A stretch of 64,000 bases of DNA from Podarcis muralis (taxonomy: Eukaryota). This document shows, one piece after another, positions 11,201 through 23,200 of the stretch. The position numbers and the translations under genes were made by a program. Positions within the stretch are counted from its first letter, which is position 1, and every line of letters starts with the position of its first letter. A model generated the notes under the pieces. That model made no database searches, was not told the origin of the DNA, and was given only the letters and a program-made list of their open reading frames with translations. The DNA is taken from positions 434,001 to 498,000 of the forward strand of contig NC_135655.1 in assembly GCF_964188315.1 (NCBI RefSeq), given 5' to 3'.

Positions 11201-14200
11201 CAAGTGAGTAGCAAGTCTAGAGCCTCGCCCTTAAGTGGCTCTGTTCTCTGCCTGCCGCCCAGTCAGAGTCTCCATGGAAGAAGTGCGGAAACAACCCCAC
11301 AAAAGGCAAATCCAATTCCTGGCCCGAAGGGAGAAGTCCACCCTCTGCCAGCCCATGGAGAGAGGTGTGGGCCTGGTACTCACGGGGCTTGCTGGGGGCA
11401 CGCTTGGGCTGCTGCCCCTCCCCACCTTCTGGTCGGCGCTTCCTTCCTTTTGGCTTGCTGCTTAAGTCAAAGAAGAACTGGGGAGCCGGCTCCTCCTGCA
11501 GAGGAAAGGAGAAGGGCTGCTATCAAGCCACCATCTGGAGAGCAGACCGGGGAAGGGCTGCTTCCATGTCCCTTGAGGCCTGGCAATCCTTCCTCTGCAA
11601 CCCTGGGAGCAAAACTCTTTTCTGAAGGAGCTGCAAAGCGGGACTGGGGAGCCCCAAAATAGTGAGCAGCAGGACGAGCAGACAGGGCACAGCCTGCTGG
11701 AAGTTTCTTTCGGAGGAAACTTGGGAGATGATCCAAATTCAACTCTTGTGCAGTGCAGAGGGAGGATCAGTGGAACTCAGTGTTGTGCCAGGATGAAGGC
11801 TGTGTCTGAGCAAGCATCTCAGCTCCCCAGGTGGAACAACCTCCCCCCATGAGCTGTTTTTGGGGGTGCCGGGGGGGGGGGGGAGTGGCAGTCCTGTTGC
11901 GCATGAAGTGAATTCTGGCCAGGATCTTCTGGATGCAGAAAAGGGAATGGCTCCTTCTACTGACCATTCCCTGGCTGCTGAAGCCACCAGCTCCGCAACC
12001 TCCCTCCCCCACGTGCCTATCACCCGGCCGGCCAGAAAATAGTGGACACTTGGCTGGCCATAAGAGAGGAAGAGGATGTGGGACTGAATGGGTCCCCTTT
12101 GGCCTGATCCTGCTGCTGGGCTCTCCTTACATGTTCTTAAACATGCCAGATTTATATCCCACCTTCCTCTCAGGGCAGGAAACACACTAGTGATAAGCCA
12201 ATTAAAGTTTGTGAAGACAATTCCAATGCAGAGGCAAATTGGGGGGGGGGGCTCTGCTGGAAATGCACGTGTGCAGCCCCCGCCCCCAGCACCTTTTCAT
12301 CCGGCAGCATGTGGGCACAGCTCTTGCCGCCCCCAGGCCTTCGATAGGGGTTCTCCGTCACATCTTGCGGCTGCTTGACCAGCTCTGCAGGCTCCATGGA
12401 GCTCATTGGGAGGATGCTGAAGGCGTAGAGATACTGGAGAAAGCGAAGAGCAAAGAGAGTCAGGAGAAACACAAACAACTGACTTGTTTCCATCAAAGAA
12501 ACAGTGATTCCTTTGACAATTCTCATCAGAGGAGACAGGAGGGTCCCTGGAACTCTCTGTACCTTCCTCTTGTCGGAATTGCCGACCCCGGCCAAGGCGA
12601 TGAACCTGCTGACATGCTGGGCTGCCTCCTGGAGAACCGTGTGGTTCCTGCAGAAGAGAAGAGTGAGGCCACTTCCAGCAGGAATCAGAGAAACCAAAGA
12701 AGTGCCATGCTCAGGTCAACATGGAATCTGGACAGAGTTCAGCTTCTTCCAGAGCAGCTCAGCAAGTCACACATTGAAAGCCTCCAGGGAAGGAGATTCC
12801 AAAAGTCCCATGCTGAAAGGTGTCCGGCTTCACAGCACCACTTTCCCGTTATGGGAGGGGCACGAGATGGGCTACAGGTGGAACCATCAATGCAGAACAA
12901 ATTTGGAATTCTATAAAATCCCAAAATATCAGGGTAGCAAGCAGATTCCCCCTCTGCCTCTCCAAGAGGACTCAAGGCAAAGAAATTGGTTGGAGAATTT
13001 CAAGAGGCCACTTATGCACAGCAATAGTTATCATATAAATAATAATAATAAACAATATTCCTCCCTGGCCTAATGCATGGGACTGCATCAACACAGAGAC
13101 ACCAGCCAGTCAGCAAACTGCGATCCCAGGCTCTGCGTACCTGTAGGGAAGTCTTTCGTAATAGACCTTTTGCAGGGCGGCAAAATGGTACCGTGGTTTC
13201 AGACTCGCAGCTAGTAAAGACACCAGGCCGGAGCCACATTTCTTAGTGTCTATGTCACCCTGTTTAAAACACAAACACACATATTTTGTTTCACATTTCT
13301 GTGGATTTGTTAGCAGCCCAAAGAAAGAAAGTCCCCCTCTGCCCATGTTTGCGAACTGCAGAAGGAAAGGATTGTTTTCTTGGGGAAAGAAAACCTGCTT
13401 CCTAGAAAGCCTCTCCCTCCAGCACAGCCCCCTCCACATCTGGGCCAGGCTGCTGAAAGGCTGTCTGGCTGCCATGGTAAACAGCTCACCTGTGGAGGTC
13501 TCTGAAGGGGGCCTCGTGCTGCACCCCCCTTCGTCTGATCTCAGGCTGGCGCCTGGTGGCTTCCCCATGGTGGCCCCAAGCCTGAGAAGGGTCTCCAGCC
13601 AGAAGCACATCTGGCCTTCTGGCTCTCAATTTAATGGAGACTTTCTTCTTCTCTCAGACTTTTGAAACAATGACAGCATTTGGTTTCCACTCCCCATTAT
13701 AAACTTTTTGGAGATGATAACTGTTTACCACAGTTTTGGATATACTGTTATGCATTTCCTTTGTCCATTTTAGAAAGGGTTGGGCTATTTCCTGTTACTT
13801 TATTGTCACTGCAAAATTTATTTATTATGCCTGCCTCCCACTCTTGTAGTCAGCATTTATTTTCTTCCAACGCTGAGCCACATTTATCTATTGCCATCCT
13901 CTGGGTTCAGTATTGCATCACCACATATTTTTGTTTCAGTTGACTTTGTGGTATTCCTTACTGTTCCTGCTTTTCCAAAGTGGTGTATAATTTCAAGCAC
14001 AGATTTACAATCACCACCACCACCAATCCAGAATGTGGATTTCTATGGAACAGAACATACAAGCCCCTCCCACCCAAAACTGGATACTTACAGGGCTATT
14101 TCCAAAGATTTCTACTCCTTTTGGCCAAGAAGATGTCAGCAAGATGTCTACGCCTTTGAACTTAGAGGCAGACAGCAGGGAGGTTTTGAGATCAGTCACA

Positions 14201-17200
14201 TCCTTGGTGCTGAAGCAGTGGGCTGGAGTTGGTTCCCCCCCTGTGGACTCAGTCCCACTGAGGTAGGCAATCTGCAGCCCAGAGGCTCCGCTGAAGACCC
14301 CTTTACGTCCTACATGCACAGCACAGAACACAACGGTCAGGATGGAACCCTTTGACACACCAGCAACATGCCTGAAGACTGAACACAATTAATTCTACAG
14401 GGAATGAATGAATGAATGAATGAATAAATTTATTACGGTCATAGACCAGAAGAAAAGAAAAAAACATAAAAGGCAACAGTAGTTTACGAGGGAATGATGG
14501 TGTCAATTAAAAGTTGTAAAATTATACATAAAAACAATACACATATGCACACCCACCCACACACACACACATATATACTCATATATGCACTACAGTATAT
14601 GTATAGACTTAAAAAAGGGGGGGGCTTGTCCAGGGGTCAGATCTTTTACTTTTTTACAACTAATGCCCTCCGCTTGATCGCGGCCGCAGAAAACTTGGCC
14701 ACTTTCTGTGTTACTTCTGGGTTTTTATCTCCTAATAGGATTTTCAGCCGCTGAGATTCAGATCGACCTGGAAATTTCTGAACGATAGGGGAGATAAACA
14801 GTGACCTGATATCCCCGTAAAGGTCGCAGTGTAACAACACATGTGAAGCCGTTTCCACCTCCTTCAGACCACATGGGCAAACTCGTTCAGCATAGGGTGT
14901 GCCCTCGTATCTGCCCTTTAATAAGGCAGATGGCAGTACATCAAATCTGGTAAGGGTAAACGCCCGCCTATATTTTGCGATTTGTAGATCCAGCAAATAT
15001 GGGGTTAGATTAAACCCTTTTCCATAATCTTGGATAGCTGGGTATTTATCTATCTTGCTCATATGGTCCTGAAGCTCTACATCTCCTATTCGCTGGCTCA
15101 CCATCATTTTAGCCTTTTCAAAACCTGAGGCTATAAGTTCTTGTGGGGAAAGCCCCAGGCCCTTCAATTTTTCATAAAGCGACAATCTCCATTTAGACTG
15201 GAACGGGTCTAGTAGAGTCAATGGAGCCACTCCCACTGGGAAAAATATGAGTTTTAGCCAGAAGTGAATCTTCAGGATCCATATCCTGGCATTAATAGGG
15301 AGCTGACCTACCTCCAGCCTAATGGCAGTGTTGGAGACACAGGTAGGTAACCCTAGTAGGGAACGGTAAAATTTAGTTTGTACAGATTCCAGGGACTTGA
15401 GTTTTTGAGAATTAAATATCTGGGTGCCATACATCAATTGTGGAAGTATTTTTGCAACAAAGACCTGGGAGGCAGCAGGAACATATTGACCTCCTTTTCT
15501 GTAAAAGAATCTTATGATAGCTCTGAAAGATCTTTGCGCATTTACAATGGAATTCTTAATCTGATGGCACCAAGATCCCTTCTCATCGAAAATTATTCCA
15601 AGATATCTAAAAGATGTTACTTGCTCAATAGGTTGGTTATTAATTTTCCATTTATGTCGGAGTTTTCTCTTGGAGAACACCATAATTTTTGATTTAGTGT
15701 AATTTATTATTAGGTGTTCAGCTTCGCAATACTCTGTAAGAGCTCGTAAAAGTTTTCTTAGACCCACACAAGAGAAGGAAATAAGTGCCGCATCATCTGC
15801 GTACAAAAGGACTGGGATTGGTGTATTATTTAAGTTTGGGGAATGAGTACTTGCTTCCTCCATCTTTCCGACTAAGGAGTTTATATAGTAGTTAAATAGA
15901 ATAGGGGCAAGAACACAGCCTTGCTTGACACCATGGAAACTTTGGATTTCCTTTGATAAGTTCCCATAACGGTCGCATCTAACACGGATCCGAGTATTTT
16001 CATGTAGTCTACGGATAAGAAGCAAAAGACGTCTATCGATGTTTGTGGCATTTAATTTCTCCCAAAGTCTGTGCCGGGGTATCAAATCGAAAGCTGATTT
16101 GAAATCTATAAAGGCTACATAGAGAGAGCCTCCTTTCTTTGAGGTGTATTTCTCCACTAGATGTTGCAATACCAGTCCTTGGTCTAGAGTTGATCTATGT
16201 GCCCTGAAACCAGCCTGGGCTTCCTTTAGGATGTGCTCCTGTTCCAGCCAGTCCGCAAACTTTTCACGTAAGTGAGTTGCATAAAGTTTGCTAATGATGC
16301 TTAAGAGACTGATTGGTCTGTAATTGGCTGGATCAAGTTTACAGCCTTTCTTGAATATGGGAACGATGATTGCCAATCCCCAGTCCTCTGGTATTATTGC
16401 TGTTTGATCTATGCTGGTGAAAAGGGTGGCAAGGACTGGGGCCCACCAGTCAATATTGGCTTTGAGAAGCTCAGGAGAGATATTATCTGCTCCCGGGGCT
16501 TTTCTGTGTTTGAGTGCCTGAATAAGCCTCCTAATCTCCGCAACCGACACCGGAGGCCACTCATCACCTGCCGCACACTGTATTAGTGGCTGTGTCAAAG
16601 GCAGAGCTGAATATGAAGATTGGAAAAATGCCTCCCAAGTCCCTGCAGGTATAGTATACTCCACTTCTGAGGAAGTAGATCGCACTCCATTTGCTACCAG
16701 TCTCCAGAAGGTGGCCGAATCTCTCTCTCTGGATGCATCTATTAGGCATTTCCATTCTCTTTTCTGTGCCAGGAGTTTTTTGTTTTTGATCAAAATTTTA
16801 TAATTTCGTTTATCTTCAAACCAGCCCGTGGGGAGTTGGGGTAAATTGGCAGATCTATAATTCTTGTATTTTTTCAGTAAGTTTAGCTTCATGTCCTGAC
16901 ATTCTTGATCAAACCAGGGTTTGGAGTTTTTATATACTGAGGATTGCCTACTTGGCCTGTTCCTTTTTTCCTTCAGGGAATCTTGAAGGAGTGAAATTAA
17001 CTCCTGAAATAAATTTATCTTTAATTCATGGCTTGAGGAAGTTATAAGGTTTTCTCTCTTAGTGAGGAGTTCCTTTGAGCATAGCCTACTTGAAATTTCC
17101 TTATGCAGTTCATCTGTCCATCTGATACGCGAATATCTGAGCTCCAAAGCTGTAGGGCTCGAATGCTCGATTTTCTCAGCGCAGGATAAATCCTTTCCCG

Positions 17201-20200
17201 CAGCTACGAGTGCACTTAATGGCAGATGGTCACTGTCTAAGCGCTCCTCCACTTTGCATTCCAGAACTTTGTTTTGAAGATCATACGACACGATTATATA
17301 GTCAATTGTGGAGGCGCCATTGTTAGATATAAATGTGAATTCTCCGACCTTCTCCCCCTCTGTACGGCCATTTAGTATAACCAAGTCCAACTTGTTGACC
17401 AAGTGTAATAGGCATAAGCCGGCATAATTGCAGCCTTTATCCTTTGAGATTCTAGCTGGTATTGGGTGGGTTTCCTCTATAATGGGGACTGTTTCGTGGA
17501 AATGGGCATACAAAGCCTCATCAGATTGTCCAGTTCTGGCATTTAGGTCGCCTGCCACCACTACAGAGGCATCAGGAAATTGATTTGATAGTTTGTCAAG
17601 ATACTGTTCTAACTGAGCCCAAGTATTTCTTATCAATCTTTTCTCTCTTTGTGGGGGTAGGTATACGTTAATCAGCAGCAAGCTGTGGGTTCTCCACTGT
17701 ACTTGCACAGCTGTGGCCAGATGGTCTAGTGGGTCTAGTTTTTTAAATATGGCCCTTAGCCTTGTTGAGATTAAAGTAACTAACCCACCTTTAACTCGCC
17801 CCCCTCTAGTACTTAAAAGACCTGGGAGGGAGAACGCAGAAAAACCATTTAACTCCACTTCACTTGTGCTCCAGGTCTCCTGGAGAAACACAATGTCATG
17901 TCTCTGGATATATTTAGCAAAGGATTGGTCAGAAACCCTCTTTTGCCAACCTGCAATATTCCAAGTTAGCAAGGCAAGGTTGCACGTTGTCTTGCCAAAA
18001 ATTGATCTTAGTCAATTTGCCTTTGAAAGATTTTTTGGGCCTATCTTTTTATCTGTTGGTTGGATTTCATTCATTTTGGCAATGTCCATAGATGTATTAT
18101 CGCCCAGGTACTCAATGGAATCAGTTGAAGGGTGCAGCGTGCTAACATTAGTGATCAGTACTCCTTTTTTTGGCGAATCTACCTTGAGGTGTTCTATTTG
18201 ACTGATACCAAGTTCATCCTCATCCAGGTATCTCATGCTGGTCCAAGAGCGCGTTGTGGTTGTCATAGGGATGGTTTCCTTCTTAGATGGTAGATTGTTG
18301 CTGTCCCTTACGCACTGTGTTAGATCTGTTGCTGTCAGGTTTATCTCTGCAGCTGCAGAGGTATTATAAGGGTAGTCTTTCATGGTTGCCATAAGGATGG
18401 TTTCCTTCTTAGATGGTAGTTTATCCCTTGCGCACTGTGTTAGATCTGTTGTTAACAGGTTTATCTCTGCAATTGCAGAGGTATTATAAGAGTAGTCTTT
18501 CATGGGGTCTGTCTTGGCTTTTTCAGAGAGGTTCTCTTTCTTTAATTGGTCCGTTGCCGGTTCTTTCTCTCTTACTTTTTCCTGAGCATTCATCTCTGTT
18601 AGCTTATTTCTAAGGGTCTCCAATCTTCTCAAGATCTCAGATTGGGCAAGGAAAGGCAACAATCCAAACTGATTTATTAATGCCTTTTCTTCTGGATAGA
18701 AGTTATCCGTCCCCTCATTAGGCAGTCTCATCTCCTGTCTTAGTTTCAAGGACCCTTGCTCAGTATGTTCCAGTTTGTCTTTTGAGTGTCCTCTCTCCTC
18801 CTTTGGTTTACAAGTAAATCTTATCTCAGCTGTCGTAAACTCATCAGGAAACAATTTCAAACATGTGCTGTTTTCAAAAAATCTTGTTACCGTTATCCTT
18901 TTCTTTAACAGCAAATGTCTTGATCTATATATATATTTAGCCAAGTTTTGATCTTTGAAGGAGGCAATCACTCGCAGAGAGTATCCATTGTAGAATATGA
19001 AATCTACTGAGGTAATGTCATTTAATTTTATTTTCCCTGGCAGCATATCATCTAAAGTATTCACAAAATGCACCGAGCGTTCTTCCTGTGTAAGGAAGCC
19101 CTTTGGCTTCGGGTAGTTAAGAAAAGCTAACTTCCTATCTGCCAACATCAGTTTCCATCCTTTATCCTGGGGCAAGTCTTGCCCTGCTACTGGCTCATCT
19201 TGAGATCTGCCATAATCAATGGTATGGGGTGAGTCTTCTTTAATATTTATGGATCCTTGGGGTTTCAGCATAGAGCACCCGGGTAGTGATTCCGTTTCCT
19301 CACTTGTTTTGTTAGGCAGCAATGATGTTTCTTTCAAAGACTTCAGCTGGATCTTTTTTCCTGGATCCACACTGTTGTTCTCTCTGCTGCCATGTATAGC
19401 AGGTTTGTTAGAGTTTGTTTTTGATTTTGTTGGAATCAGCTTATATAGTCTTTTCCAGCATACTTTACATGCACGTCGGTTTGTAACAGATTTCCTTGCA
19501 GTTTTTATGTTCTTACTTTTCTTTTTAGTTTCAGCTTTCTTCTTATGGGATCTCTTACTGATGCCTCGCTTCTTTTGATTTACTTCGATAGGAAATTCAG
19601 TTTTAGGGACAGATACATACAACCCTATGTCCTTTCCTTGGTGTAAATGATTTTCCGCTGCTGATCCTTGTGTGCACTTGCTGGTTGCTGGTTGCTTTGT
19701 ATATTCTGGCTCTTGAGGGGTGGTTGGTGGATCAACACCGTGAAATTCTGAGCCTTTAGCTTGGAGGGGATAATTTTCCACTAATGTCAGGAGCAGCCCA
19801 TTTGTTATTGTTAAGTATTTTTTCATAGCTGCCAGATCCAGATTTATAGAGAGCAGCCAGTCCTGAGGATAGCAGTCATTGTTTTCCGTCTGGGAGCCCA
19901 TAGATGAAGTCTGGGATTTCTGGGAGTTTCGGGTTTCTTCCTGTAGCTCTGAAGATAATATCTCAGCCAAGGCTATTTCATGGGCCAGGCTCATTGTATT
20001 TCTATTTTGGTTGTTATTCTCCGTGTCCTGTATTCCTCTAGAGAAGGATGAGTGATCTTGAGCAGCAGAGGGAAAAAGAAGAGCCTCATCCTGCTTCAAC
20101 TCAACCATCTCAGCCATCTTTTGCTCATTTCCATTTCCATTTCCATTCTCGTTGTCCCTTGTATGTAAAAAGTATTGCGTGATTTTACTCTGTTTCTCAT

Positions 20201-23200
20201 AACACTCCTGGAACAATGGGCTTGTCACTATCCCCAGGTCCCTACGTTTCTTTCTAGTAAGTACCATTTGTAAGTCTTTGTTACCAATCAGGGTTATTCT
20301 TCCTATTTCAAAAACTATGTCTCTTAGGAAGTCGGAAGCTCCACCCAGCTATAGGCTAAGGTCCAAATTGAGGCAAGATTTGGGATAGCTGTTTGTAATT
20401 TGTAATTTGATAGCTTATAGTTCAGAGCGTAACACGGAGTTGGCAATAAATCAGCTGTCACCCGTTTTCCTTATTGTCGGTCAGACTTGAGGAGCGTGGC
20501 AGCGCGGGGAGCAAACCCTCCGGACATCAAGATAACAAGGTAACAAAAGAGCTAAAAGGACTATTAAACTACTTAAAAACTCTGGAGGAGTTAAAATATA
20601 TTATAAAAGGGGTTTCAAAGGTTGGCTCGGTGTCGAGCCTGTTTAAAAAGCAGATTTAAGAACTTGCCTCAGATAACCTCCAGAACTCTGCAGCTAGTTC
20701 GGCGGCCATCTTCCCCCCTTCTTCCCCCCCAGGGAGAACCAGAGAGATCCGAGTTGGGTGTATATGCTGGAATTCTGATTTGTTCAAGAGACAGGGAAGG
20801 AGCCTCTCTGCCTTGTGCTGGAAAGAACTTTTCCCTGGCCAGTAAAAATTCCCAGTCTTTTCCCAGCCCCTGGTAGAGCCTGGCAGATGCCTGCATTATG
20901 ACCCATTCAATTCATGGGTCAGGTAGCTTGGCATGGAGTGGGGTGGGGGCTGAGTGAACAGGGGGAGAAACCTTGGGGAGCCCCACACCATCACCTTCTT
21001 GGGAGCATTGAGAGAGGTCAGAGGGGCACCATCCCTCTCCTCCAAACAAGAAGGCTGAAGATCAAAGATCTTTGTTCTCCACCAAAGAAGAGGCAGGTGG
21101 CAGCCGTGCTCCCAAGCCCAGACCCCAGCAAGGAAGGACCCAAGTGAGAATTCTCATTTGGCACAGTAACTTTCCATTTGGAAAAAGAAACAATTTCTGG
21201 TGGGGATCAGATAAAATCCACACCCTGCTAGGTTGAAGGAAATACAAAATATGGTTCCCACAGAGCCCTAAATTGGGGCCTCAAACCATGCCTGAGTCCC
21301 AAGAGCAGTCAGCTCCTCCTCCCCTCGTCAGCTTTTAGGTGCAAGCCTGAAACCTTTCTATTTGCCTGGGCTTTGGTGGTTCTTCACCTCCATTGTGGTG
21401 CTCATCTTTCAGTGGGCATGGGGAGGGATAGTCCTTTTTATTGGATTGTTGGACGAACAGTTTGAGGATTCTGTATGGTACATCATTTTAAATTTGGCTT
21501 TTAACTGATTTATCTCTCTGTAGTCTAAACCACAGAGCCTAGGGCTTGCCAATCAGAAGGTTGGCAGTTCGAATCCCCGTGACAGGGCGAGCTCCCGTTG
21601 TTCGGTCCCAGCTCCTGCTCACCTAGCAGTTCGAAAGCACGTCAAATGCAAGTAGATAAATAGGTACTGCTCCGGCAGGAAGGTAAACGGTGTTTCCGTG
21701 TGCTGCTCTGGTTTGCCAGAAGCGGCTTAGCCACATGACCCTGAAGCTGTCTGCGGACAAACGCCGGCTCCCTCGGCCTATAGAGCAAGATGAGCGTGCA
21801 ACCCCCGAGTCATCCGCAACTGGACCTAACGGTCAAGGGTAACTTTACCTTTATTTTTTTAAGAAGCTACTATCAGACGTTTTCCTCCTTCCTTTTAATT
21901 AAATGTAGTAAACAATAAGCATAAAGTTACCCAGGTAAGTGATGTTCTCCGCTAGTTCGCATCCGCTGGCATCTGGAAAACATTGTGCTGTTTCACTGTT
22001 GTTGGCACCCAAGACGTATGTCTGTATAGGAGCTGAGGGAGACAAAGCCACCATGGCCCAAATGAGATGAACTTTGCAGGGCTGTTATTTCTCGGTGATG
22101 GCACCCGCCCTGTGGAAGGCCCTCCCATCAGATGTCAAAGAAATAAACAACCATCTGACGTTTAGAAGACATCTGAAGGCAGCCCTGTTTAGGGAAGTTT
22201 TTAATGACTGATGTTTTAATGTATTTTTAATCTTTTGTTAGAAGCTGCCCAGAGTGGATGGGGAAATGCAGCCAGATGGATGGGGTATAAATTAATTAAT
22301 TATTATTATTTCTTTCTCCACAGACAATTCATTTCAGAGAAAGTGCTGGCTTTTGAAAAAGATATGACTGGGCACTGTGGTGTAGGCTAGAGAGAGAGTG
22401 AGCTTCCTACATGGAAAGGGGTCCTTCACAGGGAGAACAATGCAGATGTGTGACCCCACAGTGAAAGTCTGAAGGGCTGCAGCCCAGACACAGATCATCA
22501 CCTTGGCTGGAAAACAGCCTGAGGTGAGGGAGAGGGGCTTGGAGTCAGGGTTTGAAACGCCCATTGTTCTGGGCGCATTTTGTGAAAGGCAATTTCATTA
22601 GCATGAGCAGTTTCTGAGCTCTAGGTGCAGGAGTGTGCCTGAGATGTCAGATTAAAACTACAGAGTGGAAGGAGAGGAGGACCCTTTTCTGTCCCCCACT
22701 TCCAGCCACACTCTGAAGCCTGGAGAAGGGACCCTCATAAGAATATTAGGGGGGCGGGCAGGGGAAGCATGGCTTTGTTTTTTGCAGTCTACAGATGAGG
22801 ACTAGACCATGGGGGGAAAGCTGCAGTTCATTCATTTTCAGCTTTGTCTCAGCTCCCCGTTTTCCTGTCTCCTGCCACCTCGCCCCACCTTTCTTGGCTC
22901 CTGTCTGGTACGCCTCCCATTCTGGGTCGCGGGCCGAGCCGAAGAAGTTCCCGACGCACAAGAGGAGCTGCAAGAGAAGAGCAGGGGAGAGGGTCAGGAG
23001 GAGGCCCCGGAGGAGACTGGGCCGCGCCCGCCGCGGAGGAGACGAGGGGAAGGGGCGCCCTTACGTCGAAGGAGCCGCTCTTGCTCTGCGCCGCCTGGAC
23101 GCGGCTGTACAGGGAGCCCAGGCGACCCTCCACGTCCCCGCAGACCAGCCTGGAGGGGGAGAGAGAGAGAGAGAGAAGGCGCGTCAGGGGGGAGGAAGGC

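Larger units (their letters stand above)
14398..20735 (-). mobile_element. Full-length non-LTR retrotransposon (RTE-X-like LINE; ORF1 plus APE-RT ORF2) in CWF19L1 intron 4, sense to the host
   Basis: Two uninterrupted ORFs. 5' end near GGGGGGAAGATGGCCGCC (20718-20701). 3' end TATGACCGTAATAAA then a (ATTC)n tail at 14402-14425. Candidate target-site duplication CAGGGA (14398-14403/20730-20735) or ACAGGGAA (14397-14404/20791-20798), so the 5' boundary is uncertain by ~60 nt. Clade call rests on RT motif style and the C-terminal CxC...HVLLHC knuckle. Confidence 0.92.

Noticed and set aside
15378-19578. Plus-strand ORFs antisense to the LINE (e.g. 17713-18201, 19219-19578)
   Set aside because: Shadow frames of a long coding sequence; no motifs, and several start at non-ATG codons.
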